DNA of 64,000 nucleotides from contig JAWXAQ010000022.1 of assembly GCA_034439575.1 (NCBI GenBank), positions 64,001-128,000 on the forward strand, read 5' to 3'. The position numbers were made by a program, and so were the translations under genes. The notes below the pieces were generated by a model that saw nothing but the letters and a program-made list of their open reading frames with translations, did no database searches and was not told the origin of the DNA. Source of the stretch: Leptospira sp. Lineage in GTDB: Bacteria; Spirochaetota; Leptospiria; Leptospirales; Leptospiraceae. Shown here piece after piece: positions 10,160-20,749 of the stretch. Within the stretch, counting starts at the first letter, position 1. Every line of letters starts with the position of its first letter.

Positions 10160-11518
10160 ATGCAAAAATTAATCTATATTGTCGATGATGAGAAAGAAAT
10201 TCGAAAGTCTCTCAGAGCTATTTTAGAAGATGAAAATTACATTGTAGAAGATTTTAGTAATGGAAAAAATTTATTAAAAGCACTTTCAAAAGACAGGCCA
10301 GCTTTGATACTATTGGATGTGTGGATTGGGAAGGAAGATGGACTCCAAATCCTTGCCGAATGTATGAAAATATATCCAACATTGCCAGTCGTTATGATTA
10401 GCGGTCATGGAACCATTGAACTCGCAGTAAGTGCTACGAAAAAGGGTGCTATAGATTTTTTAGAAAAACCTTTATCCATTTCCAAAGTGATTCAAACAAT
10501 TGAAGATGCCTTAGAAAAAACCAAAGATATAAATAATGAAATCCCAGCATTCAAATTAGAATATGATGATATTCTAGGTATGTCTCAGGTAATGAAAAAA
10601 GTAAAATTTTCAATTTATCAAGCGGCGCAAACAAATGCACGGGTTTTTATATACGGTGAAAATGGTACAGGAAAAGAATTGGTCGCGAGGGCTATTTTTC
10701 AAAATTCAAAACGAAGAGATAATCCTTATGTAGAATTAAATTGTGCTGCGATTCCAGAAGATTTAATCGAATCAGAATTGTTTGGTTATGAAAAAGGAGC
10801 ATTCACGGGAGCCAATGAACGTAAAATTGGAAAATTTGAACAAGCGAACAATGGCACATTGTTATTAGACGAAATATGTGATATGACTTTGGCTACTCAA
10901 GCAAAAGTTTTACGCGTGTTACAAGAACAAAGATTTGAAAGAATTGGTGGAAATGAATCGATTACAGTTGATGTTCGAGTGATTGCAGCTACAAATATAA
11001 GTGTAGAAGATGCGATCAGAGAGGGCAAATTTCGCGAAGATCTTTATTATCGATTGAATGTGATTCCCATTGAACTACCTCCACTTCGGGAAAGAAAACA
11101 AGATATACCTATGCTTGTAGAACATTATTTAAAGAAATCTATTAAGGATAATGATTTAGAATCAAAGACAATCGAAAGAGATGCTTTAGACTTATTAGTA
11201 AGTCATTTTTGGCCAGGTAATGTTCGTGAATTGCGAAATATATTAGAACGATTGTCCATATTAGTTCATGGGGATACCATACGTGCCAAGGATGTAAAAG
11301 ATTCTTTGTTAGGTTTTAAAAAAGCAAATGAAATGGCGGAGCGTGGTGATTTAAAACATGCTAAAGATGAATTCGAAAGACAATACATTATTCGTACTCT
11401 TCAAAACTTCGAAGGGAATGTTAGTCGCGCATCCAAAGCTCTTGGAATTGAAAGAACACATTTATATCGAAAACTTAAGTCTTTAAATATTCAAGTGGAT
11501 CAAACAAACGAAGGTTAA
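10160..11518 (+). CDS. NtrX/NtrC-family sigma-54-dependent response regulator
   Basis: Receiver domain (VDDE, LLDVW), GENGTGKE, ESELFG, GAFTGA, WPGNVREL, C-terminal Fis HTH. Confidence 0.95.
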   Translation: MQKLIYIVDDEKEIRKSLRAILEDENYIVEDFSNGKNLLKALSKDRPALILLDVWIGKEDGLQILAECMKIYPTLPVVMISGHGTIELAVSATKKGAIDFLEKPLSISKVIQTIEDALEKTKDINNEIPAFKLEYDDILGMSQVMKKVKFSIYQAAQTNARVFIYGENGTGKELVARAIFQNSKRRDNPYVELNCAAIPEDLIESELFGYEKGAFTGANERKIGKFEQANNGTLLLDEICDMTLATQAKVLRVLQEQRFERIGGNESITVDVRVIAATNISVEDAIREGKFREDLYYRLNVIPIELPPLRERKQDIPMLVEHYLKKSIKDNDLESKTIERDALDLLVSHFWPGNVRELRNILERLSILVHGDTIRAKDVKDSLLGFKKANEMAERGDLKHAKDEFERQYIIRTLQNFEGNVSRASKALGIERTHLYRKLKSLNIQVDQTNEG

Positions 11519-11524
11519 TCGAAA

Positions 11525-12352
11525 ATGACACAGAAAGAAATTTTTGAAAAGTTAATCGATTTGTTTGAAGAAACTAAGTTTTTTATAAAAACAAATGCTC
11601 TTCCCATTCGTGCCTTACAAACAGAGCCTGATCCACAGGATATTCAGTTTATTTGGATACCATTAACTGTAAAATCAAAAGAACAAAAGCAAAAAGATAA
11701 TCAAGCTAAACTTCGCGCAAATAAAGAAATGGTCAATTTTCCATGTTCTTTATGCCCGAATAAAACAACTGGAATTAAAAACTTTTTTTATCCAGGAAGA
11801 TTTCCCATATTAGTACTTCATTATTCTGGATCAAGTTCACCAAAGGAAAAACCATTTATTAAAAAAAATCCTAAACAAATTTTTAAGGATGAGATCACAG
11901 GAAAAGTATGGAATGATTTGATTCAAAATGTGTATCAATTTTCAGCAGAGGAATTGTATTATCAAGAATATCCTGCCTGTAATTTTAATACGACTCTTTC
12001 AAAAGATTCAGATTGGAAATTTAGAATTGATACTTGTCGAAGTTTTGTTGAAGAAAATGTTCGCGATTTTGGGATCAAAGGAATCATACTTTTGGGTTCC
12101 TCCGCCAAGCATGTATTTGGCGGTGAAATGGCAAAACAAATGCTAGGTAAAATTTCAATGTGGGATTTCTCAGGGACAAACATTCCTGTGATGACCTTGA
12201 GGTCCCCGGAAGCATTGGTTGTTCTTGATGAAAGATCAAAACAAAAAAATGAAGAAAAAACTTTATTTCATTATGCCGAAGAAAAATTGAATTTAGAAAA
12301 CTCGTTTAAGGAACATCTGAACGAACTTTTTAAACAACTGAAAGATACTTAA
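11525..12352 (+). CDS. hypothetical protein, divergent family-4 uracil-DNA glycosylase-like fold
   Basis: CSLC plus two later Cys (PAC, TCR), IILLGSSA strand, IPVMTLRSP at the H-P motif position. Confidence 0.5.
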   Translation: MTQKEIFEKLIDLFEETKFFIKTNALPIRALQTEPDPQDIQFIWIPLTVKSKEQKQKDNQAKLRANKEMVNFPCSLCPNKTTGIKNFFYPGRFPILVLHYSGSSSPKEKPFIKKNPKQIFKDEITGKVWNDLIQNVYQFSAEELYYQEYPACNFNTTLSKDSDWKFRIDTCRSFVEENVRDFGIKGIILLGSSAKHVFGGEMAKQMLGKISMWDFSGTNIPVMTLRSPEALVVLDERSKQKNEEKTLFHYAEEKLNLENSFKEHLNELFKQLKDT

Positions 12353-12353
12353 G

Positions 12354-14309
12354 ATGATTCAATATGCAGAAGTTTCGCTCAATTTGAGCTGGAATCAAAG
12401 TACCTTAACTTACCAATACCCAGATTCGATAACCAAAATTGAACCAGGTATTCGCGTTTTAGTAGAGTTAAATGGCAAATCTTTTGAAGGCGTTGTCATT
12501 AGTAGTCATCACAATGAGCCGAATTATCGAACTGAAAAAATTTCTAAAATCATTGATCAATTTCCTGTTTTGACAAAAGAACAATTGGATCTCGGTCAAT
12601 GGATGGCTGACACATATTTATCTTCCTTAGGTGAATCTTTGTTTAAGATGGTGCCTAAGGGAAAATCAAAAAAAATCAATAAACAAACTCAACTCTTTGT
12701 GCAGGAAAATCTTTTATTTTCTTTGAATGAAGAACAAAATAATGCAGTTACAAAAATTAAAGACTCTGGCTTGGAAGAAATTGTACATTTGTTATATGGT
12801 ATCACTGGCAGTGGCAAAACCGAAGTCTATATAAATTTGATTCGAGATACCTTGCAAAAAGAAGATAGCGATGTACTTTTACTTGTACCCGAAATCAGTT
12901 TAACTTATCCTACGATCAAACGAATCGAAGCCGTTTTCCCAAATCAAATTGCAGTTATACATTCATACCTCAGAACCAAAGAACGATTTCAGAATTATTA
13001 TGATATTTTATCAAAATCAAAGCGAATTGTAATCGGTACGCGTTCAGCTATTTTTGCTCCGTTTCACAATCTGAAACTAGTCATCATTGATGAGGAACAT
13101 GATACTTCTTATAAAGAAAATGCAAGTCCCAGATATCATGTGCGCCAAATCGCCTTACATAGATTATCTTTAACAAAAGGTAAGCTCGTATTAGGTAGTG
13201 CGACTCCTAGTTTAGAAATTTATCACCAAGGCATAATTGGCAAAATTGGGTTTCATAAATTATCTAAACGAGCAAATCCTGAAGCCACATTGGCTAAAAT
13301 TGAAATTAATCGTAAGGTGGATGATAAAAATTTAATTTCCGGTGATTTACAATTTAAAATTCAAAGTCGTTTGAAAATTAAAGAACAAGTATTGATACTA
13401 TTGAATCGAAGAGGGTATAGTCCTTTTATATATTCGAGAAATCAAAAAGAATTCATTCAATGTCCCAAATGTTCATCTAATCTATGTTATCATAGTAATG
13501 GTGTAGTTAGGTGCCATCTATGTGGATTTAAAGAATCGATGAAATCTATAAGTGATGCAGAGAATGGTGAAGTGGAACTTGTGGGTGCAGGTACACAAAA
13601 ATTAGAAGAGAATTTACTTTATTTATTTCCGCAAGCTAAAGTGGAAAGATTGGATCAGGATTCAACTAAGAATAAAGAGATTATCGCGGAAGTATTGAAT
13701 CGACTAGAAGCCAAAGAACTGGATATATTAACTGGTACGCAAATGGTTGCAAAAGGATTGGATTATCCAAATGTCACTTTAGTCGGTATACTAAATGCTA
13801 ACCATGGTTTGGGAGTACCTGATTTTAGAAGTGCGGAGAGAACGTATTCTTTGATTTCGCAAGTGGCGGGTCGGGCTGGTCGGGGAAAAATCCCAGGTGA
13901 AGTTTTCATACAATCATCCGATCCAGACCATCCGGTGATCCAATTGGCATTAAATCAAAATTATAATGAATTTTATGAATGGGAAATTCAATTTAGAAAA
14001 TCTTTAAACTATCCTCCATTTTGTAGACTGGCACGTTTAGTGTTTCGATCAAAAGATGAAGATCAAAGTAGCAAAACCGCAATTCTTTATAAGGAGATAA
14101 TAGAAAGGCATAGTAATGAAACACTTCAGATATTAGGACCGTCGCCATGCCCCTTTTATAAAATTGATGAAAATTTCCGTTATCATATACTTTTAAAATC
14201 AAATAAATTACAAACCATACGCGAAATTTTAAAAAAGGTGAAGGAAGAAGCAAAAAATAATCCTCGTTGTTATGTGGAGTATGATCTTGATCCTATAGAA
14301 ATGATTTGA
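12354..14309 (+). CDS. priA: replication restart helicase PriA
   Basis: GITGSGKTEVY, VPEISLT, DEEHD, GSATPS, GTQMVAKGLD, QVAGRAGR. Confidence 0.97.
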   Translation: MIQYAEVSLNLSWNQSTLTYQYPDSITKIEPGIRVLVELNGKSFEGVVISSHHNEPNYRTEKISKIIDQFPVLTKEQLDLGQWMADTYLSSLGESLFKMVPKGKSKKINKQTQLFVQENLLFSLNEEQNNAVTKIKDSGLEEIVHLLYGITGSGKTEVYINLIRDTLQKEDSDVLLLVPEISLTYPTIKRIEAVFPNQIAVIHSYLRTKERFQNYYDILSKSKRIVIGTRSAIFAPFHNLKLVIIDEEHDTSYKENASPRYHVRQIALHRLSLTKGKLVLGSATPSLEIYHQGIIGKIGFHKLSKRANPEATLAKIEINRKVDDKNLISGDLQFKIQSRLKIKEQVLILLNRRGYSPFIYSRNQKEFIQCPKCSSNLCYHSNGVVRCHLCGFKESMKSISDAENGEVELVGAGTQKLEENLLYLFPQAKVERLDQDSTKNKEIIAEVLNRLEAKELDILTGTQMVAKGLDYPNVTLVGILNANHGLGVPDFRSAERTYSLISQVAGRAGRGKIPGEVFIQSSDPDHPVIQLALNQNYNEFYEWEIQFRKSLNYPPFCRLARLVFRSKDEDQSSKTAILYKEIIERHSNETLQILGPSPCPFYKIDENFRYHILLKSNKLQTIREILKKVKEEAKNNPRCYVEYDLDPIEMI

Positions 14310-14350
14310 AAGAACCTTGCCAAAAAATTAGAGATTAATAAATTCTATTT

Positions 14351-15304
14351 ATGTCAATATCTATAGGTTACTTTGGATCACCAACGTTTTCAGCATCTCT
14401 CCTTGAAGAAATCATTTCTTCGGGTATTAAAGTAGATTTTGTTGTGACTAACATTGAAAAACCGGTAGGCAGGAAAAAAGAATTAACACCTACACCTGTG
14501 AAACAAATGGCCATCAAATATGGTATTCCTGTTTTGCAATCGGAAAAACTTCGTTTGGATTTAGAAATCCAAAACCAAATCCTTACGTATCCATCTGCCT
14601 TACATGTCGTTTTTGCGTATGGTTCCATCATACCTGAAAATGTATTCAATGCACCTAAGTTTGGGAGTATCAATTTACATGGAAGTTTACTTCCCAAATT
14701 TCGCGGAGCCTCTCCTGTTCAATCTTTTTTGTTAAGTGGTGAATCAAATACTGGTTATACGATTCAGTTCTTAGCCAAAGAAGTTGATTCGGGCGATATA
14801 ATATTTAAAGAATCTTGGGAAATCAATCTGAATGATACAACAGAATCTCTATTGAAAGAAATCACAAACAAAGGTGGAAAAAAAATAATATCTCTTGTCC
14901 AAGGATTACCAGAAAAAACATTTACCGGCACACCTCAGAATCATTCCGAAGCGACTCATTGCAAAAAAATAACATCATCGGATCGCCCTGTTTCTTTTCT
15001 TGAGAGTGCGAAACAAATACACGATCGCATTCGAGCCCTCTATCCCGACCCATTAGCGATAACTACTTTTCGTGAGAAACGAATCATTTTGCTTACTTCC
15101 CATTTGGATACAGACGGAGAAATGATTCCTGCCAATTTGGGAGTGGGAAGCTTTTTCCTTGGTACTAAAAAAAGACTTTTCTGCCTCTGTGGTGACGGAA
15201 ATCTGCTAGGTATAGACTTGATCCAGCCAGAAGGCAAAAAACCAATGAGTGGATTTGATTTTTTTAACGGAGCTCGGGCATTGCCTGGAGAAACATTCTT
15301 GTGA
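14351..15304 (+). CDS. fmt: methionyl-tRNA formyltransferase
   Basis: YFGSPTF, INLHGSLLPKFRGASP, VDSGDI, QPEGKKPM. Confidence 0.96.
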   Translation: MSISIGYFGSPTFSASLLEEIISSGIKVDFVVTNIEKPVGRKKELTPTPVKQMAIKYGIPVLQSEKLRLDLEIQNQILTYPSALHVVFAYGSIIPENVFNAPKFGSINLHGSLLPKFRGASPVQSFLLSGESNTGYTIQFLAKEVDSGDIIFKESWEINLNDTTESLLKEITNKGGKKIISLVQGLPEKTFTGTPQNHSEATHCKKITSSDRPVSFLESAKQIHDRIRALYPDPLAITTFREKRIILLTSHLDTDGEMIPANLGVGSFFLGTKKRLFCLCGDGNLLGIDLIQPEGKKPMSGFDFFNGARALPGETFL

Positions 15305-16320
15305 AAGATAAATTTCTAAAAATACTTCCTTACAGCGGTTATGTTCTTTTTTTAAGTTTAGGATTGTTACTTTTTTTTGTTGCCGCATTTCTTGTGGTGG
15401 TTGTTAGAACCAAGGATGAACAGAAGATCACGATGCCACTTGTCATTGGCAAAAACTATGTTGAAGTTCATAACGAATTACAAAGGTTACAATTAAAGGT
15501 AAAATTAGAAACTTTACGTATCCCTGAAAAAACCGATGGTATCATACTTTCTCAATCAATAGATCCTGGGAAGGAAGTGGAAGCTGGTTCAAAAATTTAT
15601 CTAACGGTAAATATCGGATTTGATCGCGTTACTATTCCAGAATTGAAAGGCCAAGACTTAAAAAGAGCAAAAGGTATCTTAGAAAAAGTATTATCTGGTG
15701 ATATCTATGTACCTCTTATAATTGGTGGTGTCACTTATGTTCAGGCAGTAGGGGATGAGCCTGCGGATACTGTCATTGATCAAATTCCAAAGGCTGGAAA
15801 AGAAACACACTCTGGTGAAAAGATATATCTGCTTGTGACAGAATCTTCCAATGAAAAAAAAATAAGTCAAACAAACGATTTTAAATCGTATGAAACATCT
15901 CTCGTAGGAAGCCCGGTCCCTTTTGCTATTGATACATTGCAACGTAAAAAAATTCCATACCAAATAACGGAAGTAAAACGAGCAGATATCAGAGAATCAT
16001 CAGGGCTTGTTGAAAAAATTTCTATTTCAAACAAAGGAGCCACTTTAGTAACCTCGATTCATAAATCGGATGAAAAATTAAAATATGATTATGAAACAGT
16101 GAGTTATGAAATAGATGATGACGATAGTTATTCTGCAGTCTTAACTTATTTTGATGCAAAGAATGGATCAGAAGTGAAAAAAGAAATATTAACTTCGCAA
16201 GTTTATAAAGAAGATCAAATATTGAATTTATTCTTTTATCGAGGTGAGGCTGTAACTTTATCTTTAATTGGCCAAACTACAGGTTTGGCAAAAGTTTGGA
16301 AATTCGAAGGGAAATATTAA
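15301..16320 (+). CDS. membrane-anchored PASTA-domain protein
   Basis: N-terminal TM, then PASTA repeats ([34 protein letters not shown]); no kinase domain. Confidence 0.85.
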   Translation: MKDKFLKILPYSGYVLFLSLGLLLFFVAAFLVVVVRTKDEQKITMPLVIGKNYVEVHNELQRLQLKVKLETLRIPEKTDGIILSQSIDPGKEVEAGSKIYLTVNIGFDRVTIPELKGQDLKRAKGILEKVLSGDIYVPLIIGGVTYVQAVGDEPADTVIDQIPKAGKETHSGEKIYLLVTESSNEKKISQTNDFKSYETSLVGSPVPFAIDTLQRKKIPYQITEVKRADIRESSGLVEKISISNKGATLVTSIHKSDEKLKYDYETVSYEIDDDDSYSAVLTYFDAKNGSEVKKEILTSQVYKEDQILNLFFYRGEAVTLSLIGQTTGLAKVWKFEGKY

Positions 16321-16321
16321 T

Positions 16322-16969
16322 ATGAAAATATCTGCTTCCATCCTTGCTGCTAAGTTAACAAATCTCACTTCGGAGCTTCCTACATACAAAAAAGAGAGTA
16401 TTGATTATATACATATGGATGTTATGGATGGAAACTTTGTTCCTCAAATTTCCTTTGGGGAAGCCTTCACAAAAGAAGTCAAAGCTCTGACCGATATCCC
16501 GCTTGATGTGCATTTGATGGTAAATCGGCCTGAAGACCATGTGAGTAAATATTTTGAGTTCAATCCGTATTGCATTACCTTTCATATTGAAACCACAAAT
16601 TTTGCGGTTCGCCTAGCTGAAGAGATTAAAAAGTCTGGAAGTAAAGTAGGGGTCTCACTCAACCCACAAACCCCTCCAGAAGTCATTTCTACATTGCTCC
16701 CTTACTTAGATTTGGTTCTTTTGATGACAGTCGATCCCGGTTTTTATGGACAAAGTTTTATCAAATCTGGTTTTGAAAAAATTGAAAAAATTCGTAAAAT
16801 GACAAAAGACTACGGAATTGAGTTGGAAGTAGATGGTGGCGTGAATGAATCCAACATCAAACAATTGGCCTCCCTAGGTGTGGATTTATGTGTTGTCGGT
16901 TCTGGTCTCTATAAAACTGGAAATCCAAACGAACAAGGCAAAAAATTAAAGGAACTTTCAAGGTCATAA
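16322..16969 (+). CDS. rpe: ribulose-phosphate 3-epimerase
   Basis: [43 protein letters not shown] at 16322. Confidence 0.97.
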   Translation: MKISASILAAKLTNLTSELPTYKKESIDYIHMDVMDGNFVPQISFGEAFTKEVKALTDIPLDVHLMVNRPEDHVSKYFEFNPYCITFHIETTNFAVRLAEEIKKSGSKVGVSLNPQTPPEVISTLLPYLDLVLLMTVDPGFYGQSFIKSGFEKIEKIRKMTKDYGIELEVDGGVNESNIKQLASLGVDLCVVGSGLYKTGNPNEQGKKLKELSRS

Positions 16970-16979
16970 GAAACCCCTC

Positions 16980-17008
16980 TTGACAGAGAGGCCTAGTTTC
17001 TAAAACCT
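16980..17008 (+). promoter_or_regulatory. possible sigma-70 promoter for the rpsP operon
   Basis: Perfect TTGACA at 16980-16985; -10 region TAAAACCT is imperfect in sequence or spacing. Confidence 0.4.
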
Positions 17009-17030
17009 GTTGCAAAAGAGGTATTTTTTC

Positions 17031-17291
17031 TTGGTTAAGTTAAGATTACAAAGAACTGGAACGAAAGCTGATCCCCATTATCGTATCGTTGCCGCAGACA
17101 TCCGTGCTCCACGTGATGGTCGTTTTATCGAGGCAGTGGGTCACTTCCATCCGAGCGCACATGTTGCGAGCCAAAAATCTATTTTCAATGAAGAGAAGAC
17201 TTTATCTTGGTTAAAGAAAGGCGCACAGCCTACAGATACTGTCCTTGCTCTTTTGAAAAAAGATGGAATTTGGGCAAAACACAAAGGATAA
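17031..17291 (+). CDS. rpsP: 30S ribosomal protein S16
   Basis: (M)[32 protein letters not shown] start at 17031 after GAGG. Confidence 0.98.
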   Translation: MVKLRLQRTGTKADPHYRIVAADIRAPRDGRFIEAVGHFHPSAHVASQKSIFNEEKTLSWLKKGAQPTDTVLALLKKDGIWAKHKG

Positions 17292-17301
17292 ATCCTGATT
17301 C

Positions 17302-17532
17302 ATGGAATCACTTGTAAAATATATTGTCCATTCACTTGTCGACCAGCCTGACCAAGTTTCTGTGACTCAGATTCCTGGTGAGGAAGAATCAGTCATCGAG
17401 TTAAGAGTGGCTCAAAAAGATTTAGGAAAGGTGATCGGTAAAAATGGTAGGATTGCAAAATCCCTTCGTACCGTTCTGCAAGCCGCAGGCACCAAACAAG
17501 GCAAAAACTACACTCTAGAAATTGTCGACTAA
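17302..17532 (+). CDS. khpA: KH-domain RNA-binding protein KhpA
   Basis: [18 protein letters not shown]; typical position after rpsP. Confidence 0.92.
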   Translation: MESLVKYIVHSLVDQPDQVSVTQIPGEEESVIELRVAQKDLGKVIGKNGRIAKSLRTVLQAAGTKQGKNYTLEIVD

Positions 17533-18064
17533 CAACTCACTCATAAAGGTGGGTACCTTTGGTGCAACGCATGGCATCAAAGGGAACATTAAAATTCACA
17601 CTAGTGGTGACGCGCTCGCGTCCCATGCGTTCCCCATTCCTTGTGATACCATTCTGACGGATGGCACAGCTAAAAAAGTTGAAATTCTTTCCCTAACTCC
17701 ATCCGGTTCCTTTTTTATTGCAAAGGTCAAAGGTTTTGATACACCCGAAGCTGTTGTTTTGCTTCGCAATGCCGTCATTTTTTTACCAAGAGAATCACTA
17801 CCCGAGATTGATTCAGAAGAAATTTATGTAATGGATTTAATTGGACTTGCCGCAACGATTAAGTTAGGCGAAAGTCCTCTGAATTATACAATCACAGAAG
17901 TTATAGATAATCCTGCACATCCCATCCTTCGCTTTTCTAGCAATGATGATATCAGTGAACCTAAGGAAATTCTTGTCCCCTTTCTACATTTATATATTGG
18001 GGATTGGGATTTGAATTTAAAACAAATCGAAGTTAGGTCTTGGGAGCTTTGGTTTGAGGTTTAA
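17522..18064 (+). CDS. rimM: ribosome maturation factor RimM
   Basis: [26 protein letters not shown]; synteny. Confidence 0.93.
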   Translation: MSTNNSLIKVGTFGATHGIKGNIKIHTSGDALASHAFPIPCDTILTDGTAKKVEILSLTPSGSFFIAKVKGFDTPEAVVLLRNAVIFLPRESLPEIDSEEIYVMDLIGLAATIKLGESPLNYTITEVIDNPAHPILRFSSNDDISEPKEILVPFLHLYIGDWDLNLKQIEVRSWELWFEV

Positions 18065-18707
18065 TTTTATCACACTTTTTCCAGACAAAATTGAATCCTA
18101 TTTTTCAACAGGAATTCCAGGTAAAGCTCGCACCAATCAGGTAATCGATATTCGAACAGTTCATTTGAGAGAATTTGCAGGCAACAAACATAATAAAGTG
18201 GATGATACGATTTATGGCGGTGGACCAGGCATGTTGATTCAAGTGGGACCCGTTTACCGGGCCTTGGAATCACTTGGTGAAAACAAAGGTCATGTCATTT
18301 TACTCAGTCCTTCCGGAGAACTTTTCAACCAACAATTGGCAAATGAAATTTATTCGAAAAATACCTCGATTACATTGATTTCAGGTTACTATGAAGGGAT
18401 TGATCATCGAGTGACTGAGCATCTAATTGACAGGGAAGTGGCCATTGGAAATTATGTAATTTCATCGGGTGATTTAGCCTCTCTCGTTGTGGCGGATACG
18501 ATTTCCAGACTGGTTCCAGGATTTCTTGGAAAAGAAGAAAGTCTAGTGGAAGAATCCCACAATACTGAGGAAGAGTTAGAATACCCGCAGTACACAAAAC
18601 CTTTTGATTTTATGGGGTGGACTGTTCCGGAAATCTTAGTGAATGGCAATCACGAAGAAATTCGAAAGTGGCGGCAGAAAAACCGCAAAATAAGAAATCA
18701 TCCTTAG
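18054..18707 (+). CDS. trmD: tRNA (guanine-N1)-methyltransferase
   Basis: [36 protein letters not shown]. Confidence 0.97.
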   Translation: MRFNFITLFPDKIESYFSTGIPGKARTNQVIDIRTVHLREFAGNKHNKVDDTIYGGGPGMLIQVGPVYRALESLGENKGHVILLSPSGELFNQQLANEIYSKNTSITLISGYYEGIDHRVTEHLIDREVAIGNYVISSGDLASLVVADTISRLVPGFLGKEESLVEESHNTEEELEYPQYTKPFDFMGWTVPEILVNGNHEEIRKWRQKNRKIRNHP

Positions 18708-18715
18708 AGGAAGCC

Positions 18716-19150
18716 ATGAATCACATACTAGAAAAGGCACTCGAAAACGAGCCTAAGAACGAACTAAATTTTGAAATTGGTGATACTGTTAAGGTTCACT
18801 ATAAAATCGTTGAGTCTGGAAAAGAAAGAATCCAGGTTTACGAGGGTATCGTGATTTCTATTGCCAATAAGTCGCATAGCAAAACATTTACGGTGAGACG
18901 AATATCTTATGATATCGGAGTGGAAAGAATTTTCCCTCTTCATAGCCCTCGCATTGCAAAGATAGAACTTGTTCGTAAGGGTAGTGTTCGTCGTGCGAAA
19001 CTATTCTACCTTCGTGAGAAGAAAGGTAAGTCTGGACGTATCAAAGAACGTAAAGGTGGCCAAGCTATCGTTGCGAAAGATAAAAAACGTCAAGACGAAG
19101 CGGCTAAAAAAGCAGCACCGGCTGCCGTCGCTGAAGCCCCACAAGCATAG
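18716..19150 (+). CDS. rplS: 50S ribosomal protein L19
   Basis: [39 protein letters not shown] 18716 after GAGG; Ala/Lys-rich tail. Confidence 0.98.
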   Translation: MNHILEKALENEPKNELNFEIGDTVKVHYKIVESGKERIQVYEGIVISIANKSHSKTFTVRRISYDIGVERIFPLHSPRIAKIELVRKGSVRRAKLFYLREKKGKSGRIKERKGGQAIVAKDKKRQDEAAKKAAPAAVAEAPQA

Positions 19151-19163
19151 AACTTTCTTTCGA

Positions 19164-19199
19164 AAGAACTCCGAAAAGACCATACTTTCCGGAGTTCTT
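19164..19199 (+). terminator. stem-loop after rplS, overlapping the 5' region of rnhB
   Basis: AAGAACTCCGAAAAG / CTTTCCGGAGTTCTT, 15-bp arms with 1 mismatch, 6-nt loop; weak U-tail. Confidence 0.55.
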
Positions 19200-19200
19200 A

Positions 19201-19839
19201 TTAGAACCCTCCATACCCATTTTATCCTTTGACGAAGCTGGACGTGGTGCCCTTGCGGGACCTGTATCCATTGGTGTCGTCCAATTCACTAAAGAAATTT
19301 TATTAGAAATCCAAAATGGAAAGGTTTTAAATGGGATTCGAGATTCCAAAAAACTAACTTTAGTAAAACGATTGGAATATGAAACTGAAATCAAATCCAT
19401 AGCGAGTTTTTATCGTGTTGTTTTTGTCTCACATAAATGGATTGATAAGGTTAATATCAATCAGGCTATTTTTTATGGAATCAATAGAGGGATCACCAAA
19501 CAAGAGTCAAATCTTCCTTTTTTATTTATAGATGGAAATTATAAAATTAAAATTTCAAAACCATATTTAGGTTATTATTCTTTACCTAAGGGTGATGATT
19601 TAATGCCAAGCATATCAGCGGCATCTATCCTCGCGAAAACTGCCAGGGACCGTTATATGGAGGCTATGGACCTCAAATACCCAGGTTACGGGTTTGCCAA
19701 ACACAAAGGTTATGGCACTGAAATTCATAGATCACAGATTCAAAAATTGGGAATTTCTCCGATCCATAGATTGAGTTTTTTGAAATTCCTCCGACATTCG
19801 GAAGAGGACACACTCTTTTCTCATGGTGAATCTTTATGA
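19201..19839 (+). CDS. rnhB: ribonuclease HII (start codon undetermined; the ORF track start at 19372 misses the catalytic N-terminus)
   Basis: In-frame DEAGRGALAGPV from 19231, DSKKL, IDGN, KGD, SISAASILAK, KHKGYGT, PIHRLSF. Confidence 0.9.
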   Translation, partial: LEPSIPILSFDEAGRGALAGPVSIGVVQFTKEILLEIQNGKVLNGIRDSKKLTLVKRLEYETEIKSIASFYRVVFVSHKWIDKVNINQAIFYGINRGITKQESNLPFLFIDGNYKIKISKPYLGYYSLPKGDDLMPSISAASILAKTARDRYMEAMDLKYPGYGFAKHKGYGTEIHRSQIQKLGISPIHRLSFLKFLRHSEEDTLFSHGESL

Positions 19840-20458
19840 ACCTATCCTTTTATTGTTACATAAACACAAACAGCAATCTGGCGTGTTCGAAAAAATGGAT
19901 ATGGGAAAAAACCATACTCCTACAATTTTAAACAGTAAAGAAGCTCAGCGCTTAAGGAATGCGGGAGAGATACAGAAACAAGAAATCTTGCCCAAAATCG
20001 GCATCCAAAACACCTTATTTTCCGAAGAAAAAACCCGCCACTGGTTTGAGATCCAATCCCAAAAAAATTTAGAAACCAAAGATTTAAAGAACCATTGGAA
20101 TTTTATTTTTCCTGAAATGCCTTGGACAAAAGAAACGATACACTGGGAAGATCAAAACGCAAATCGCAAACTCATTGCCAATTTTGGTAAATCCAAAGAT
20201 CCTTTTCGTTTATTAGTTCTATTTGATTCCATAAAAACTGGAAAGATATGGATTTATTTGACATATCACTCAGGTAAAAATTCTTCTTGTGAAATTATTT
20301 TTCAAACAGAGAAGGAAAATAGTTTTCGCATGATTAGGCGAGATGAGTCTACATTACAAAAACAATTGGAAAGTCTAGGCCGCGTTAAAATTCGTATAAC
20401 AAAAATTATAGAAAAAGATGAACCATATCTATCTTCAATGAATGGGATATTTGTTTGA
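19823..20458 (+). CDS. hypothetical protein with FliK C-terminal (T3S4)-like pattern
   Basis: LLVLFDSIKTGKIWIYL...IIFQTE...LQKQLESLG resembles the FliK_C beta-beta-beta-alpha pattern; sits directly before an FlhB-C protein. Confidence 0.45.
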   Translation: MVNLYEPILLLLHKHKQQSGVFEKMDMGKNHTPTILNSKEAQRLRNAGEIQKQEILPKIGIQNTLFSEEKTRHWFEIQSQKNLETKDLKNHWNFIFPEMPWTKETIHWEDQNANRKLIANFGKSKDPFRLLVLFDSIKTGKIWIYLTYHSGKNSSCEIIFQTEKENSFRMIRRDESTLQKQLESLGRVKIRITKIIEKDEPYLSSMNGIFV

Positions 20459-20715
20459 AAAAAAAAGCGGTGGCACTTAGTTATTCACCCTCAAGTGATG
20501 TTGCTCCCAAAGTCATCGCTACGGGGACCGGTGCGATTGCCATGAAGATATGTCAAATTGCAGAAATGAATGAAATTCAAACCATATCTGATGAAGCCTT
20601 AGTGGAATCATTAGTAAAACTCCCCATTGGTTCCGAAATTCCTCGAGAAATGTATGACTCAGTTGCCATAATCTTTCGTTATCTACTTTCTGCTTCGACT
20701 AAGAAAAACAATTGA
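20455..20715 (+). CDS. stand-alone FlhB C-terminal-like protein (EscU/YscU/FlhX/YlqH family)
   Basis: AVALSY..APKVIATG.G..A..I...A, IGSEIPREMYDSVAII. Confidence 0.9.
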   Translation: MKKKAVALSYSPSSDVAPKVIATGTGAIAMKICQIAEMNEIQTISDEALVESLVKLPIGSEIPREMYDSVAIIFRYLLSASTKKNN

Positions 20716-20749
20716 TCGCTTTCGGGACTTTAGTAGTATTCACTTGGCT

